Source: Takakia lepidozioides | Taxonomy: Eukaryota > Plantae > Bryophyta | DNA length: 64,000 nt | NCBI GenBank assembly: GCA_030704615.1 | Contig: CM060732.1 | Coordinates: 74,524,001 to 74,588,000 of the forward strand | Reading direction: 5' to 3' | Part shown: in pieces, positions 12,564-25,000 of the stretch | Layout of the letters: each line of letters begins with the position of its first letter | Numbering within the stretch: the first letter of the stretch is position 1 | The notes under the pieces: model-generated | Databases searched by the model: none | Seen by the model: the letters and a program-made list of their open reading frames with translations, nothing else | What the model was told of the DNA's origin: nothing | Program-made: the position numbers and the translations under genes

Positions 12564-12798
12564 TCAATGATTTCTGGAATCCCGACGGAGAAGTTTGTGC
12601 AGCTCGTTCACGCTCAACGCTGGTGCATAAATAAAGTCATCAATAGTCAAGTTCATCCTCAACCTCTTCAGGTAAATGTAATACAGATGCTTGCACGGAT
12701 AATACTTTGACCCCTTCTTTGCTTCCATCAACCAGAAGTCCGTACAATTGCAAGTCGGCTCCACTCCAATCGTAATTGTGTATACGTCGTCGCGTACA
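12564..12798 (-). pseudogene. C-terminal SWIM zinc-finger segment of the transposase
   Basis: VYTITIGVEPTCNCTDF..YYPCKHLYYIYL..FIYAPALSVNELHKLL aligns with the C-terminus of ORF 1712-2452. Confidence 0.85.
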
Positions 12799-14506
12799 GC
12801 TGTCAGGAACCACATTGTCAGCTGCAAGAAACGAATCGGAAGAGGATCAGACATGCACTCCATCTTGGAAGTGAAGCGCACATGCGGCTACGCCTTCATC
12901 CAAGGCAGCTTCTTTCCTGGTCAAGGCTCAGAGACGGACAGGTGCTTCATATTTAAGATGTCAACGTGCGGACCGGGGAGCGGTGTCGATTTGGTGAAGC
13001 GGATGACCAGTGGAGACCTCTCAAATTGCTGGGTCATGTTCGACCACATCAGGCGAATTACCAACCACGATTGGGTGACAATGGGGGCACATGTATACGA
13101 CCCACATTGCAGAAAGTTGATGACCATTGCTATCTGCGAAATGAAAGGAGAAGACACAGATTCGGAGTTGCATATGTGGCGCGGAATTAATGAGCAAATG
13201 GCGAGAGCGAAGTTGCCCCCTCCCGATTTTAGGGGCTTCATGGCTGACAATGCCCAGACGAACTGGGCTGCAGTGAGAAGGGTATATGGGGACGACCCAA
13301 AGACTCCAATGGAAGGTAAGGAGAGATCTTGCGGGTTTCACTTCATGCAGAGTTTGACGCAAAATATGAAAAGGTTTGTGGCGTCACGCCACCGGCAGGA
13401 TCATATCAGTATGTGCTTTGCGTGGAAAAATGCGAATTCCATTGACGAGGCGGAGACCGAGTTTGCAACCATACGCGCCTGGTGGGTGTCTTCAGGGGCA
13501 GTGGATGTGAAAGATCAGCCAGAACTGCAAACATGGCTTGCGTGGTGGCATTATAGATTTCGCCAGTTTGGAGACTACATGAGACAAGTAATACATTTCT
13601 GTACTTGACAATTGTTCTGTTTTGTGCTTCGACATTCTCCACAATGAGTGACATTTCTAATTTCCTTCAACATGACATGAGCTTGGAGGATGACACGGAT
13701 ATGCCGACGACGAACATGGCCAAAGCGGTGCACTCTTCCTGGCGTGCTTCCTCTACGGCACATCTCGTTGACATGTTGACAACAACAACAAAAGATATTG
13801 TGAGGGCTATCATGCAACAATCTCGTTACTAAAGCAATGGGGTATCGGACCAGACATGCAGGAGATGCTGATGAGGGCGGCGCATCGTTCGACCGATCCC
13901 AAAAAATGGACTGCTGCATTGCGGGAAACAATAAGGTCAACGCCGTTACACAGTCAGGGGAATTGCCTGGAGGGCGATGTCCGCAACCGGCCGGTGAAGA
14001 GAAGAATTGAGGACATGCCCGGAGGCGACGGCGATTCATGGAGATCAGATATGAACATCCGTACTCAACCTCGGGGCGCAACAATGTTGCGTCCCACGCC
14101 TCCTCCCAGCAAGACTCGTACCCCCTCTCCTGCAGCATCTGTGGAATCGCTGCCAGACTCGGGACAACATGCCCAGGATGAGCATGCTGCTCCTATTATC
14201 GTTACCCAATACAACATTCCAATCGTGGAGCGAGATGTGTCGGCCTCGCAGTGGAGAATTGCACAGACCCGTCCGTCATTTCGTGGCAAATGTTGTGCTG
14301 TTCGTGTGGACACCAACCAGAGATGCAATGAGATGATTCGAAGGAGCCCGCAGGGCGGTGTGCCCGCCCCTTGCTTCACAGGGAGATTTGTGTGTGCAAA
14401 GTTTGTGGAGGCCACACTGAAGGAGTTTTGGTTCTGCAGGCATGATATCATGTCGTGTGTGTTCGGCAAGCCCAAGTATTGTGTACAAAGCATGCCTGAT
14501 CCTTGA
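12799..14506 (+). pseudogene. DDE core and Cys-rich domain of the transposase, inverted relative to its SWIM tail
   Basis: MFDHIRR, FMADNAQTNWAAV and CGFHF align with ORFs 37-912 and 696-1085. The intron sits at the same position (donor GT 13588; acceptor reads CAA at 13668-13670). The catalytic E position reads K (TNMAKAVH). EFWFCRHDIMSCVFG matches KFWFCADDCGRCVHG. Confidence 0.88.
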
Positions 14507-15087
14507 GAGGTCATTGAGAGGCCAGTTCGAGTTCCTTCTTCTTGGGTGACCGGGTGCCGATATTTGAACAAAATGTCAGCGGTTTCTGTCTCCCGGTTGA
14601 AACTAACGAGGATGTCGTGTTTATCGATAGCGCCCCCTTTGTAGAAGGACATTTTCACAGTGGGCCTTATGTTCCCCTCCTCCTCATCCTCATAACTGAA
14701 GAGAATGTCCTCACTTTCCGAGCCAGTCCGTCCACGCGTGAAGTTTTCACCTATGCACTCATCATACGTCCACTCGCAACAGTTCCAGCGATACAACAAC
14801 GTTGTGCGTGATCTGTTCGGCTCCCACTCAAGTGGAAAGTCCAGGTCCATGATGTGCAGGAACCACCTGCTCCCCAGCCGGGGTCCAGGAGAATCGTGTA
14901 ATCATGGAAGAAACTCCATTGCTCTCAGCTGGACAAGTTGAGGATCGTCCCTGTAAACATCTAGGAAGACAATGATGTCGTCTGCTTTCGGGACAATGAG
15001 TCCCGTCTGGCGTCGATAGATGTGATTCGGGCACAACATGGCCTCACGACACAGCAAGAACACAAAGCAGGGAGGAGATGGGCACAA
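14507..15087 (-). pseudogene. Unknown ORF inside the transposon (accessory gene or transposase N-terminus)
   Basis: ORFs 14902-15087 and 14065-14850 are in frame across one stop. The coding-like part ends at the rearrangement junction near 14505. Confidence 0.4.
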
Positions 15088-15259
15088 CAGAGAAGAGTGA
15101 AGAGCAAAATGAGAGCGAGGCCGGCGGAAGAGGGATATATCATTGCTGAACTGCCAATGTCGTATGCGGCAGAACTTCTATTTCCTCCGACATGTGTGCT
15201 TTTATTAGACAAATCCGCACCAGTTTCAGGACAGTTTGCAAAACTCCCTCACCGTAAGG

Positions 15260-15620
15260 CGGGTATTTGCTCTCCGGAGCCCAATTTCGGCGCCGTTATT
15301 GGTTGGACTGCGGAAGCTTCAGCCGAGAATTTTGTTTCCGGAGCCAATTTCGGTGCCGTTATTGGTTGCACTCCCCAGCCTTTAGCCGGGTATTTGGTTT
15401 CTGGACCCCAATTTCGGCGCCGTTATTGGCTGCACTCCGGTGGCTTCAGCCGAGTATTTGGTTTCCGGGGCCCAATTTCGGTGCCATTATTGGCTGCACT
15501 CCGGAGGCTTCAGCCGGGTATTTGGTTGGCGGAGCCTAATTTCGGCACCGTTATTGGCTTCACTCCCGAGCCTTCAGCCGGCTATTTCTTTTCCTCTGCC
15601 CAATTACGGCGCCGTTATAC
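15260..15620. repeat. 64-bp tandem array, 6 units, with imperfect palindrome AATTTCGGCGCCGTTATT
   Basis: Cores at about 15283, 15346, 15410, 15474, 15538 and 15602. Related GGCGCC/GAATTTC motifs are scattered at 12045-12290 near the other end. Confidence 0.9.
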
Positions 15621-17549
15621 CCAACCATCCTGCACTTCTGCAACAGTACTATCCACGGTTATAGGTCGCCATTGCGTTTTCGGAGTCTGCAAACCCGGAT
15701 CCTAATTCCGCTTGCATCCCTTCCTCTGGGGTAATTTCGGTGTCGTTATTGCCCAGAATTCAGTTTTTCTATGACCTGGCCTGGCGGTCCATGAGCTTGG
15801 GCTCCAAGTCATGAGCGGACACTGGTACTTATGAGCGGAGTGCTTCCAGCATGAGCGCGGAAATCTTCGAAAACCTTCTCTTCTTATACTACTTTCGATT
15901 ATTTTATCGTTTTGGGCCCGAAAAAAATCTGCCGAAATTCGAAGTGTGTTACTTGGCGGCTCATGGGTGAGCCATGCCCGCTCATGAGCTCATGAGCTCA
16001 TGGAATAGCAACCCCTGGAGCTGCCTACTCTTTCTTGAGCATCTGACATTGCTAAGTGAGAGAGGCGGAAGTGAAAGAGGCTACAAGGCGAGGCAGATGG
16101 ATGAGGAAGAGTGCAGAGGAGGCAATGGGGGGTCTGAGGAAACTGAAAGAGTTTGGGAGTGCTGAATGACAATGTGGTGTGTGGAGAGTATGTGTTCAGT
16201 GAGGCTGGAGAACATGACATTTTGAGGGGGGAAATCATGTGTTGCACGGTTTCGGATGGCTACATGCATCTGCAGGACTAAAGGGATGCGATTTGAATAC
16301 TGATTCCATCATCAGGTGAGGTGCGCATTGGTCCACATGACATGCACATAACATGCATGAAGTGGAGGCAATGTCTCTCATTGGCAGCCTCCACCCACAT
16401 GAGAGTAGGGCGTTGTTAGGGATGCTTCCTTTTGAATTGGCATTGCCACACTAGTATGTTAGTATATTCATTATGTGTGGGCTGTTTTGTTCACATATGT
16501 GGTTGGAGAGGCATTATATTTGTTGCTTTCTGAACGGACTGCAGTGGGGGCAATATTGTTGCATTTTCTGATGGACAGAAAGCGTAGTCTTCATATCTTT
16601 GACTCTTTGGGGTCTGAATGAACTTCTGTCCACGTCGTTCTTTGTAACCTCAGTGGCAGCTCCGTCCTTTGCTCTGTAATCATATAAATAATAACATATG
16701 CTAAGGCAACATTACCAACTTCAAATGAAAGAGTTGTACATGGCCAGCAAATCAAAATAGGTATTCAACTGCAATGTGAATGTGTAAATTCGGAATGCCA
16801 TCTTCAATTGCAAATGGTTGCCTCAGGAATGAATAAAAAACTTCGACCCCAAACAATTCAACAACGTCTCCTGATTCGAAATACCTACTAAACTGCAGTG
16901 ACCCAAAGCCCACATCCGAACTCGCACCAAGTTGAACTACATCCCACCTCACATGCAAAAGTCACAGAAGGCTAGAAATAGAAAGAGAATCCGCCGTGTA
17001 TCTGATGTCATTCAGAATGAGCCGGTTAAGCGTGAACCCTAAACCGTAAACCTCACTTTCCAGACACAATTCTGAAGTGCGTTGTGAATAACCATGTATT
17101 ATCCCCCCTCAGACCTATAGGCCATGCACATCACATACTTCAAACCCGGGGGCCATGCATGCATGCACCTCAAATTGCAAACATTCTTCACTCGGAACTC
17201 CACCTGTTGCACATTTTCAATGCGTAGCAGTTGTACATGGGTTGTTCATACGGAAGTGTACTGTCAGTACGCCCGTGCATGTGCAAGTAAGATGTGAGAA
17301 CCTGCAAAACGGTAGACATTGCCTGAAATTGTGGAGCTAAAAATGGAGATCCAATTGTAGTACTGGTAATGCTGTCAACCACATGCTTCTTCAGCCCAAT
17401 CCACCTGGAGTTCAAAATGGAAAGAAGACACATCCAGCAGCTGCCCAACCATCTCACCGTCTCATTCGCTCCTTGTAGACACAAGCAGGCCCTAGTTCAT
17501 TATATGGACTGCAGGGATTCCAGGAATATGGTACCTTACCTGAAGTCCT

Positions 17550-19841
17550 TCAGCCGGTGTACAACCTCTTCCTGCTCCTGGTGGGAGACGACACGGATGG
17601 GAGATTGCCTGTGTAGCCATGCCTCTCTAGAAAGTCTTTGTACCGTGCAAGTGACTTTCCATTCCCATCATCCACAGCAGTCATAACTGGGTCTTCACCA
17701 GGGTACTGATTACCCTCCTCCATCATGGCAGTCAAGTCCAAAATCTTTCTTTTCGTAGCTCTCACCAATGCAAGAAGATGTTGTTGGAGGAATTTGCTGG
17801 TATCTGTCAGTTGAAGAATACTTTCCCATTCTGTAGAGATAAGGGCAAGTAGGTTGGGCAATGGACTTGTACCAACGGATGTCTGTGAGCCATAGAAAGG
17901 GAGGTCAGACCTGGGGGAGTTTGTGAAGACGAAGGCATGGAAGAGGGGGACTGATGGGCAGCTAGCAAGTTGTGGAGGCCACCTTTACATGTGCCCAATA
18001 GGGATCCGCACAACTTTGCAATCAGCCCGTCCTCCACATGGGGGTGGAGCATCTTCAAAACCTTTACCTCGTGTGCATACATATTTCCTTTCTGGGCCTA
18101 ATGACAATCACATCAACCCCACTTAGAATCCGGATTGTGGACAATATATGTCATACCCAAATGGCGGTGGCATTGAACTGTTGCAATGCCTCCGGGTGTG
18201 TCAGGTTGGTGCACATTCGCATCTGGAATGTCGTTGGCAAGCAAAATAGAAGTACAAACAAATCCCTCCTGCCGCTTGTTTCGGATGAACCCATAAGCCT
18301 TCGCATGTGACATGTACCAGTAATGGGTTGTCACATCACCTGTCAGTTCAGAGATGAGCCAATCCACCCGCCTACTACCGAGGACGCTTTTGGTGCTCTT
18401 CAATTGCACTTTCAGGTTCCCGTGGTATGCTTCTATGACAACATTAGTGTCTTGAGAGGCATGAGGTATGTTCCGGGATCCCTTCATCCACATTTTGGCT
18501 TTTGGAAGCCACTCTGTCTCCATGTAGGTGCAGAATTCTGTCTCAGAAGGGTACTTCTCCCGCATGTCCAGATTTTGAATACGGCCCATGCTTCATCTGC
18601 ATCCCCAAAGGTCTCCTTTCTATCGTACATGATCTGTGCCAGGTCTTGTAAGATAGCCGCTCGCAATACTAGGTCTTTCACCTTTGCTACAACATTCTTC
18701 TGCCAGGCTCAGCGAACATGCCACAAGCACAAGAAAACAGCACAATCCCCCCACACAGATCTGTTCTCTTATCAGGCAGGTAAACTAAAATTCATGTGTA
18801 ACTAAGAGATCATGGTAGGTATATTGCCTGAGTTCATGGACGTACCTAATTGTAGCAATTTCAGCATATCCACAATAAAGGCATTCGGACGCCAGTCTAC
18901 CTGCAGACTGATCATTTGTTTATTAAGTACCTCCATCCAAGGCGTAAGATCGATGGTTTTGCACCTTGCAGTGATAATGTAAGCCACTGGAATACCATTC
19001 AGCCAGTCGTCGAATACCATCATGGTATACAAGGGGTACTGCAGCAATAATCACGTGTAACTGAAGTGAGTTCAAAGGAAATGGTACGAGAACAAAAAAG
19101 TTCACATGAAGAACATAATTTGACAAGCTTTGAGGACATTTGGGTTAAGAAACTGCCGCAACCTTCTTTTCATTCGTCCCAAAGGTTGCATCACAAGCAA
19201 CTATGCGACGATGGCCGTGTTTGAGCATTTGTTTTCTCTGCCAATCAGTTTGTATGCCAAGCACAAATGGAAGGTCCAGTTTTCGATCATTCAACGTCCA
19301 CGCAGGGTGATTAGAAAATGTTTGTTGGGTTTTCATGCACCCACATTCGGACACTTTGTGCATCATTGGAGTGCTTTTTGAAAGTTTCTTCATCGCACTT
19401 GTTGGCAATATTTCGGATGTCACTTGAAAGAAGGAAGGTATCACGAGTAACCTCCAACCCCCCATCCATGATATCCCTCACCCTCTGCGTGTGCTTTGCC
19501 ATTATCTTGTTGATGCTTAGTTCCAGACGTAGGTTATGTAACACCCACGATTTCATGTCATCGCTCAAGTGGGGAGCTAATGAAATACGACCTAGTTGTT
19601 GAGTGGGTCCATGGCAGACCTCTCCAGCCCCATTGATATGTCTCTTTTCATAATAGACCAGCTCTGCAATATCAGGGTCCACATAGCATTGCTTCACTAC
19701 AAACCTGCACATGCATCCCCTCTTGATGCCTTCCCCCGATTTTGTTTGTGTGGTCCTTGTTTGTTTCAGTGGAAGCGGCTGTGACTCTTGGCTTCCTCCC
19801 CTTCTTCTTTGCAGGTTTTGCTCGGTGTTTCTTGTGTGCGT
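17550..19841 (-). pseudogene. MULE transposase of a different family (N-terminal zinc finger, DDE, adjacent SWIM), 5'-truncated
   Basis: KRGCMCRFVVKQ..H..H, D1 ACDATFGTN, intron 19039-19162, YPLYTMMVFD..GIPVAYII, D2 AFIVD, LCLWHV, E in DTNVVIEAYH, and a decayed SWIM CDCH..GNMC. Several stops and frameshifts. Confidence 0.88.
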
Positions 19842-20013
19842 GGTGTTCTTGGATGATTTCAGTGTGTACAGCTCTAAGAATGAGCACTTGCATAAATTGG
19901 AGTTATGTCTGGCCAGATGCAGGATGAGAGGTCTGGGCCTGAATCCAGAGAAGTGTACTTTCTGTGTGAACTCAGGGGTGCTTCTGGGACACATTGTGTG
20001 TAAGAGGGGACTT
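19842..20013 (+). mobile_element. 172-bp Gypsy RT fragment (family A)
   Basis: Reverse complement of 3597-3768 with 7 mismatches by hand count. Encodes VFLDDFSVYS..LLGHIVCKRGL. Confidence 0.92.
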
Positions 20014-20566
20014 TACACATCCATTCGTACTCTCATCCATCTGATTACACATCCCTCCTACTCTCATCCATCTGATTACACATCCATCCTACTCTCATCC
20101 ATCTGATTACACATCTATCCTACTCTCATCCATCTGATTACACATCCATCTTACTCTCATCCATCTTATTGCACATCCATCCATACCTACACAGATTGAT
20201 CCTAAATGTCCATTAAATAATACTAAATTTGAAATTTGAAATTTGAAATTCAAACTTGGGTATGCATATGTAACCATGCATGTGTTGGCTTCACTCTCAC
20301 TATGGGCTCATGTTATGTTCATGACCACATCTGACATCTGGGATGGATGCGTGCATGACCTACATGTATCATGTGTTATATAAACGACATTCCATGGGGT
20401 GACGGGGGCGGCGGGGGGTGGCGAGGGGAGGGGCGGCGGAGCGGGGGGCGGGCCGCGGCGACCGCGAGCAGCGCGGGAGCCGGAGGGGGGGGGCTGTGGG
20501 GGGCGAGGGGGGGTGCCACGCAGGCAGGACCGAAGGGCTCGCATTAAACTCCCGGGCCTTTTCTAG
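20014..20566 (+). mobile_element. Helitron 3' end with a 31-bp tandem repeat (5 copies, 20014-20170) and a GC-rich tract
   Basis: Subterminal imperfect hairpin AAGGGCTCG..CGGGCCTTT, then CTAG (20563-20566) followed by T. Repeat unit TACACATCCATCCTACTCTCATCCATCTGAT. Confidence 0.65.
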
Positions 20567-21300
20567 TGTGCGCCAATATCAACAGATAGCCTTGCCAGTC
20601 TCCACCACCACGGGTCGTACCATTCCATTTCTTCTCCAAATTTTGGGTCATGGGGGCGAGAAGGACGAAGGAGAGAGTATCCGGCAGAATAGGCAATGAG
20701 TGGTTCTTTCTATTTAGAGATCCACCAGCACTCTCCAGGGCCGAATTGGAGGTCTACTAAGGTTTATTCTCATACTGAGGTGTACTTTTGGAGAGCCAGT
20801 CCAAGAATCCATGCAAAGGTGGGCTGGGATCCATTGAACCACTGAGCAGGTCCACAACACGGATGCGGAAACAAGTTACCCGGCTCAATCTTGACGAAAT
20901 CCGGAAGAGGGGAGAGTCTACCAATTTCAAAGCACAGTTACGTTACAGCCGAGCCCACTGTCAGATCGAGAATGAATGAACACAACTTGGCAAATTGCGG
21001 ATACTTTGCAGCCTTGCCAGCTCAAAATGACATCCCAAATCACTCGTCAGATGACCAATCCGAGAGGGTGGGATGACCGAAGCAATGCAAGGTCCCGAGA
21101 GCCGAGCTCTGTGGACACCCCACTCTGGGAGCGAAATGTGTACACGAAAACAGGTCCTGTGACAACATTGACCAGAGATCCGCGAACCTGAAATGCTCGC
21201 TTATTCCCGTGGTGCCCAGCGTGTGGGTCGCATACTGGCGGGAGTAGATCCTCCTTTGTCGTCCTTCATTGCCGCCCTAGGCTCCAATCCAATCTTGCTT
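20567..21300 (+). mobile_element. Probable decayed LINE ORF2 fragment
   Basis: YFWRASPRIHAKVGWD (about 20783-20830) resembles the FLW..AKVAW motif downstream of plant L1 RT. Otherwise heavily degraded. Confidence 0.3.
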
Positions 21301-22095
21301 CACCAGGTTTCCTCCCTTTAATTTTTATCAAAGACAACAAAGCAGAAGTACAGGAGGGCTGTGGCATGGTTGTAAGACATCCAGTGCAATGGAATGTGGG
21401 TTTGGGGTTCAAACCACGATTTTGGGCATGTGTGTTCCTCTGCTTGTGATGCTATCTTCTCTAGCATTTGCATTCTGCTCTTGTAGTCATTCCCCCAAAG
21501 CTGCAAACGTGATGAGGAAGAAGCATTTTCAGCTAAGTTCAGACAGACATAGCATCACAGCTTCAATCTTCATGTGCAGCACAACAGGCTCCTCAACATG
21601 CGGACAAAGATACCATGTTATATATCATAGTTGACGAGCATTTATCAGGTCAGATATCAATGTAAAGTTTTAGTTCTCCCCATTCCTACAGTCCCATACT
21701 TATGAGCAAAGGCACCAAGCTTGAATGCATCACTTAAATTTGGAAGTCAGCAAATAGTTGTTTGACAGGCACTGTTCATTACAGAGTTACAGGTCTGGTG
21801 TAAAAATGGAGTAAGCTGTGCTTATTCCTGTTCTTCGGTCACGTGAGGCAGACCTCATGTCATCCCAGCTAGTGGTCTTCATTGGTAGGCCACACTTCCC
21901 CCCAACCTTGGACTCACCGCCTCTCAATGGATCCCCCTTGCAACCTACACGCTCTTCTGCTTGATCTCTGAGGAACACATTCTCTTGAACATAAATCAGA
22001 GAAGCCACCTTGGGGAGAAGGGCTGTATGAGGCTCTCTCCTTCTATTAGTGGCCTTTCTATAGTACCAGTTGATGTTGCACACACAAGCCTATTG

Positions 22096-25000
22096 CTAAC
22101 CCCCAGTCTTCATGCGTCGAAGGGCAATGTATGCCAGTAGACGATAGCCCACAACCATTACGAGCAACACCCAGGCCTCCTCCCCACCTCCTCCCAAATT
22201 AAGGCCGTGGAAATTTGGCAACGCGCCTAGACTCTTACATCCAGTGGCACTGGAGCAGTCATAAGTTTCACTGGCGCTATACTGGACCTTGACGATCAGC
22301 TTGTAGGTGTAGTAGTTGAATGAAATGTACTTCAACCATGTCATCCACACCGGCGTGTGCTGCACATCGCATACCACCCAGTGAGCACATTTCCAAGTAG
22401 TGGGAACAAATCATCTGAATACTGTACTGCCCAGTTGATTATGTATTTGGTACCTAGTATCCTCAAAACTCACTAAAAGAAGGCAGCTTGGTAAAACTAG
22501 GAGCCTAGAAGATCACCTGAATAAAGTAGCCACCAGTGAGCATAAAAGCAAGCATAACAATTGATGCCAGAGTAGTTGCCTTCTTCACGTCCATCACAGC
22601 TGCACCTATCAAAAAGCCGAGGCCCTGCATGACAATGCAGCTGGGCATGAGCTATGATTGCATGCCCTTTTCCAAGGTTGCACTTGGTGGTTAGTTACAT
22701 ACAACTACCAACTATCCCAACTCTCAAAGGCCTCCATGAGCTTTGATTACAGAAAGCAGGTTGCAAAGACAGCATGAACCAGAAGCTCCACCAAATGCAT
22801 GAGCAACGTTTTCTTCCTTTTGAGGAATTCCTGGCTACTGTTAGAGAACCTCATGAAAAGAAGTTAAGGTTTACCTGAGAAGTAACAACATCCAGAAAAA
22901 CTGTGAGCATAGTCAGGAAGAATATGCCCGCATTCATGTACAAATTAGTCATGAAGTAAACAATGATGAGGAAGAACACTGGCATGATCAAGTCCAGCGG
23001 CAGATCTCCAAGTGTCCGGGCCAGAAAATAAGCACTCAACCGGTACATATCTGAGGCCCGTTCCTTTGACAACACTGCTCGTTCCAGAGGAAACGTGAAG
23101 ATGGCTGTAAAGAGAGGGAAGAATCCCCAAAATATGGCAATAAAAAATACCAACCCCAGCTGCAAACAAACCAACAAGAGTTACATACTTGACTTCAAAA
23201 CATGGCAAAAGAATCACCATAGAGAGAAGACCTACACATTAAAATTCAGTGGAACCTGGCATGCTTCACAGAAGGAAAACACCAAAAAAGCGACTTCATA
23301 GAGTCATGAACAGAGAAAATTTGGTGTCTCCATTTTTGCGCAAGATGGCTGGATTTGGAGGGCCACCAAATCTTACTGGACATGCCTACACAGCTCTTCG
23401 CCAATGGGTTTAGGGGAACCTCATACATCACAGAACCCAGACAAACAATGTTAGTGAACTCAGAATTACAAGTGGAAGTTGAGAGAGAAGACTCGGGCCA
23501 AAGCTAGCATAAACAAGAGCCACTTCCCCTTGCAAAGGCTTGGATTCCAATGATGCAAACACACCTGATCCTGGACTTGGTTGGCAGTACCACGCTTGGA
23601 GTTGAACCAAAGACAGCCCACAATGATGGAGATGGCCGCGACTTGCACAAACCGCAACCAACTTAAGAATTCACTCTTCCTTTCCTTGAGCCCTCGGACC
23701 ATGAGCACTTCAAACTGTTGCAACCATGTGGTGCTCCATTCCCTCTTCTCAGTGATGGCTGCCTTCAGTTCCTCTTTTGTTGCTTCCAAAGCAAACAGCT
23801 TTGTTCTTTCTTTGGGTTCCAATTGTTGGTTGAATGATTCCACCAGATACTGTCACAGAGACAATAGTTCTGAGATCTGAGGTAGCAAGACCATGGCCGA
23901 AAAGCATAGCTACCCACTATGACACTGAAATGGAGTCTGCTGCTAGAACTTACATATTCATCAGCCATTTGCACCCACATTGGGACATCCTAACAAAACT
24001 TGGAACCGACTCAGTTTATCTCTCACTGTGTAGTGCAAGGTACCAGGAATACAACTCTGCCAGTGGTGCCATACAACTCTAGCCATAAGATTGTTAGCCA
24101 TTCTACACAAAGCTGATCGATTTACCTTCATGGATGATGCAAATGCAATATAGCTTTTCCACGTATTACTTGCTCTACAGTGAGATGTAATACCTTTCGA
24201 ACATCTTGTGCGGCAGGTCCAACTGGACTTGCTTTATCGGCCGAGCCTGGCTTGCTTTCCAAAGAGGGCGGTACTGAGACATCATTGACATTGCCACTAG
24301 CTAAATCCAGTAGGAAGTCAGCAGGATTCATGGCTATTAAGGGTGTCAAACCAATTGAAGTGAAGTAGTCCAGTGACTCTGCTGCCTTTCCAAAATAGAT
24401 GGCATGTCCCTCTGAAAGCAGAAGCAGTTTATCGAACATGTAGAACAACCTGCTTGATGGCTGATGGATTGTTGTCACCACTGTTCGCCCCGCCTGTCAC
24501 AAACATGGCCAACCATTGAGCCCAAGTTGTTAGAATGTGCTGACATCATAGAGAAGCACCAAAGTGTGAATATATCCCTAATATGTACTTGCACTGCCAT
24601 GGGGCAAAACCAGATCATTGAACCTTTTTATGTTTTTAATTTAAAAAAAAGTGAAACACCCGGTAGCGACTGCTCACAAATCAGGCCCCTTAACTATAGG
24701 GAGAGGAGCAAACCATGAGACAATGCTCATGGGACACCGCCCAAGGGAAGGGGGACAAGATGATACCACACCCAACAAGGTAGCAGAATTTGAATCCAGA
24801 ATCACCGGGGTGGCACTTGGTACACGATCCACTGGTGGTTATTGAACTTCAATTTGAACAAAGGCGGTATGGAGGTTACTGGCATTTTGAATTCAACAAA
24901 AATTATCTGCATAGTATTTATAAGGACTCTTCAAAAACATATCTTAGCGTTTAGGTTCTCCTATACAAGCATTGGTCCACCAGTACCTCTGCTATGTTCT

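Larger units (their letters stand above)
11809..16017. mobile_element. Second member of the TGAGC-ended Mutator-like family, internally rearranged
   Basis: Left end CGAGGTTAGCTATTTCATGAGC versus right-end reverse complement CAGGGGTTGCTATTCCATGAGC (17/22). CATGAGC repeats at both ends. Transposase pieces lie inside on both strands. No TSD found. Confidence 0.8.

Noticed and set aside
15022-15705. 227-aa ORF with internal repeats (and ORF 2633-2908)
   Set aside because: These are translations of tandem DNA arrays. The 64-bp period is not a multiple of three, and the same peptides appear in several frames.
11798-16028. TSD for element 2
   Set aside because: The flanks ACCCACTCTAC and GAGCTGCCTAC share only 5 of 11 positions.
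19311-20106. Novel RT-transposase fusion protein
   Set aside because: The RT patch is antisense to the MULE frame and both parts are truncated, so this is a chance read-through at a rearrangement junction.
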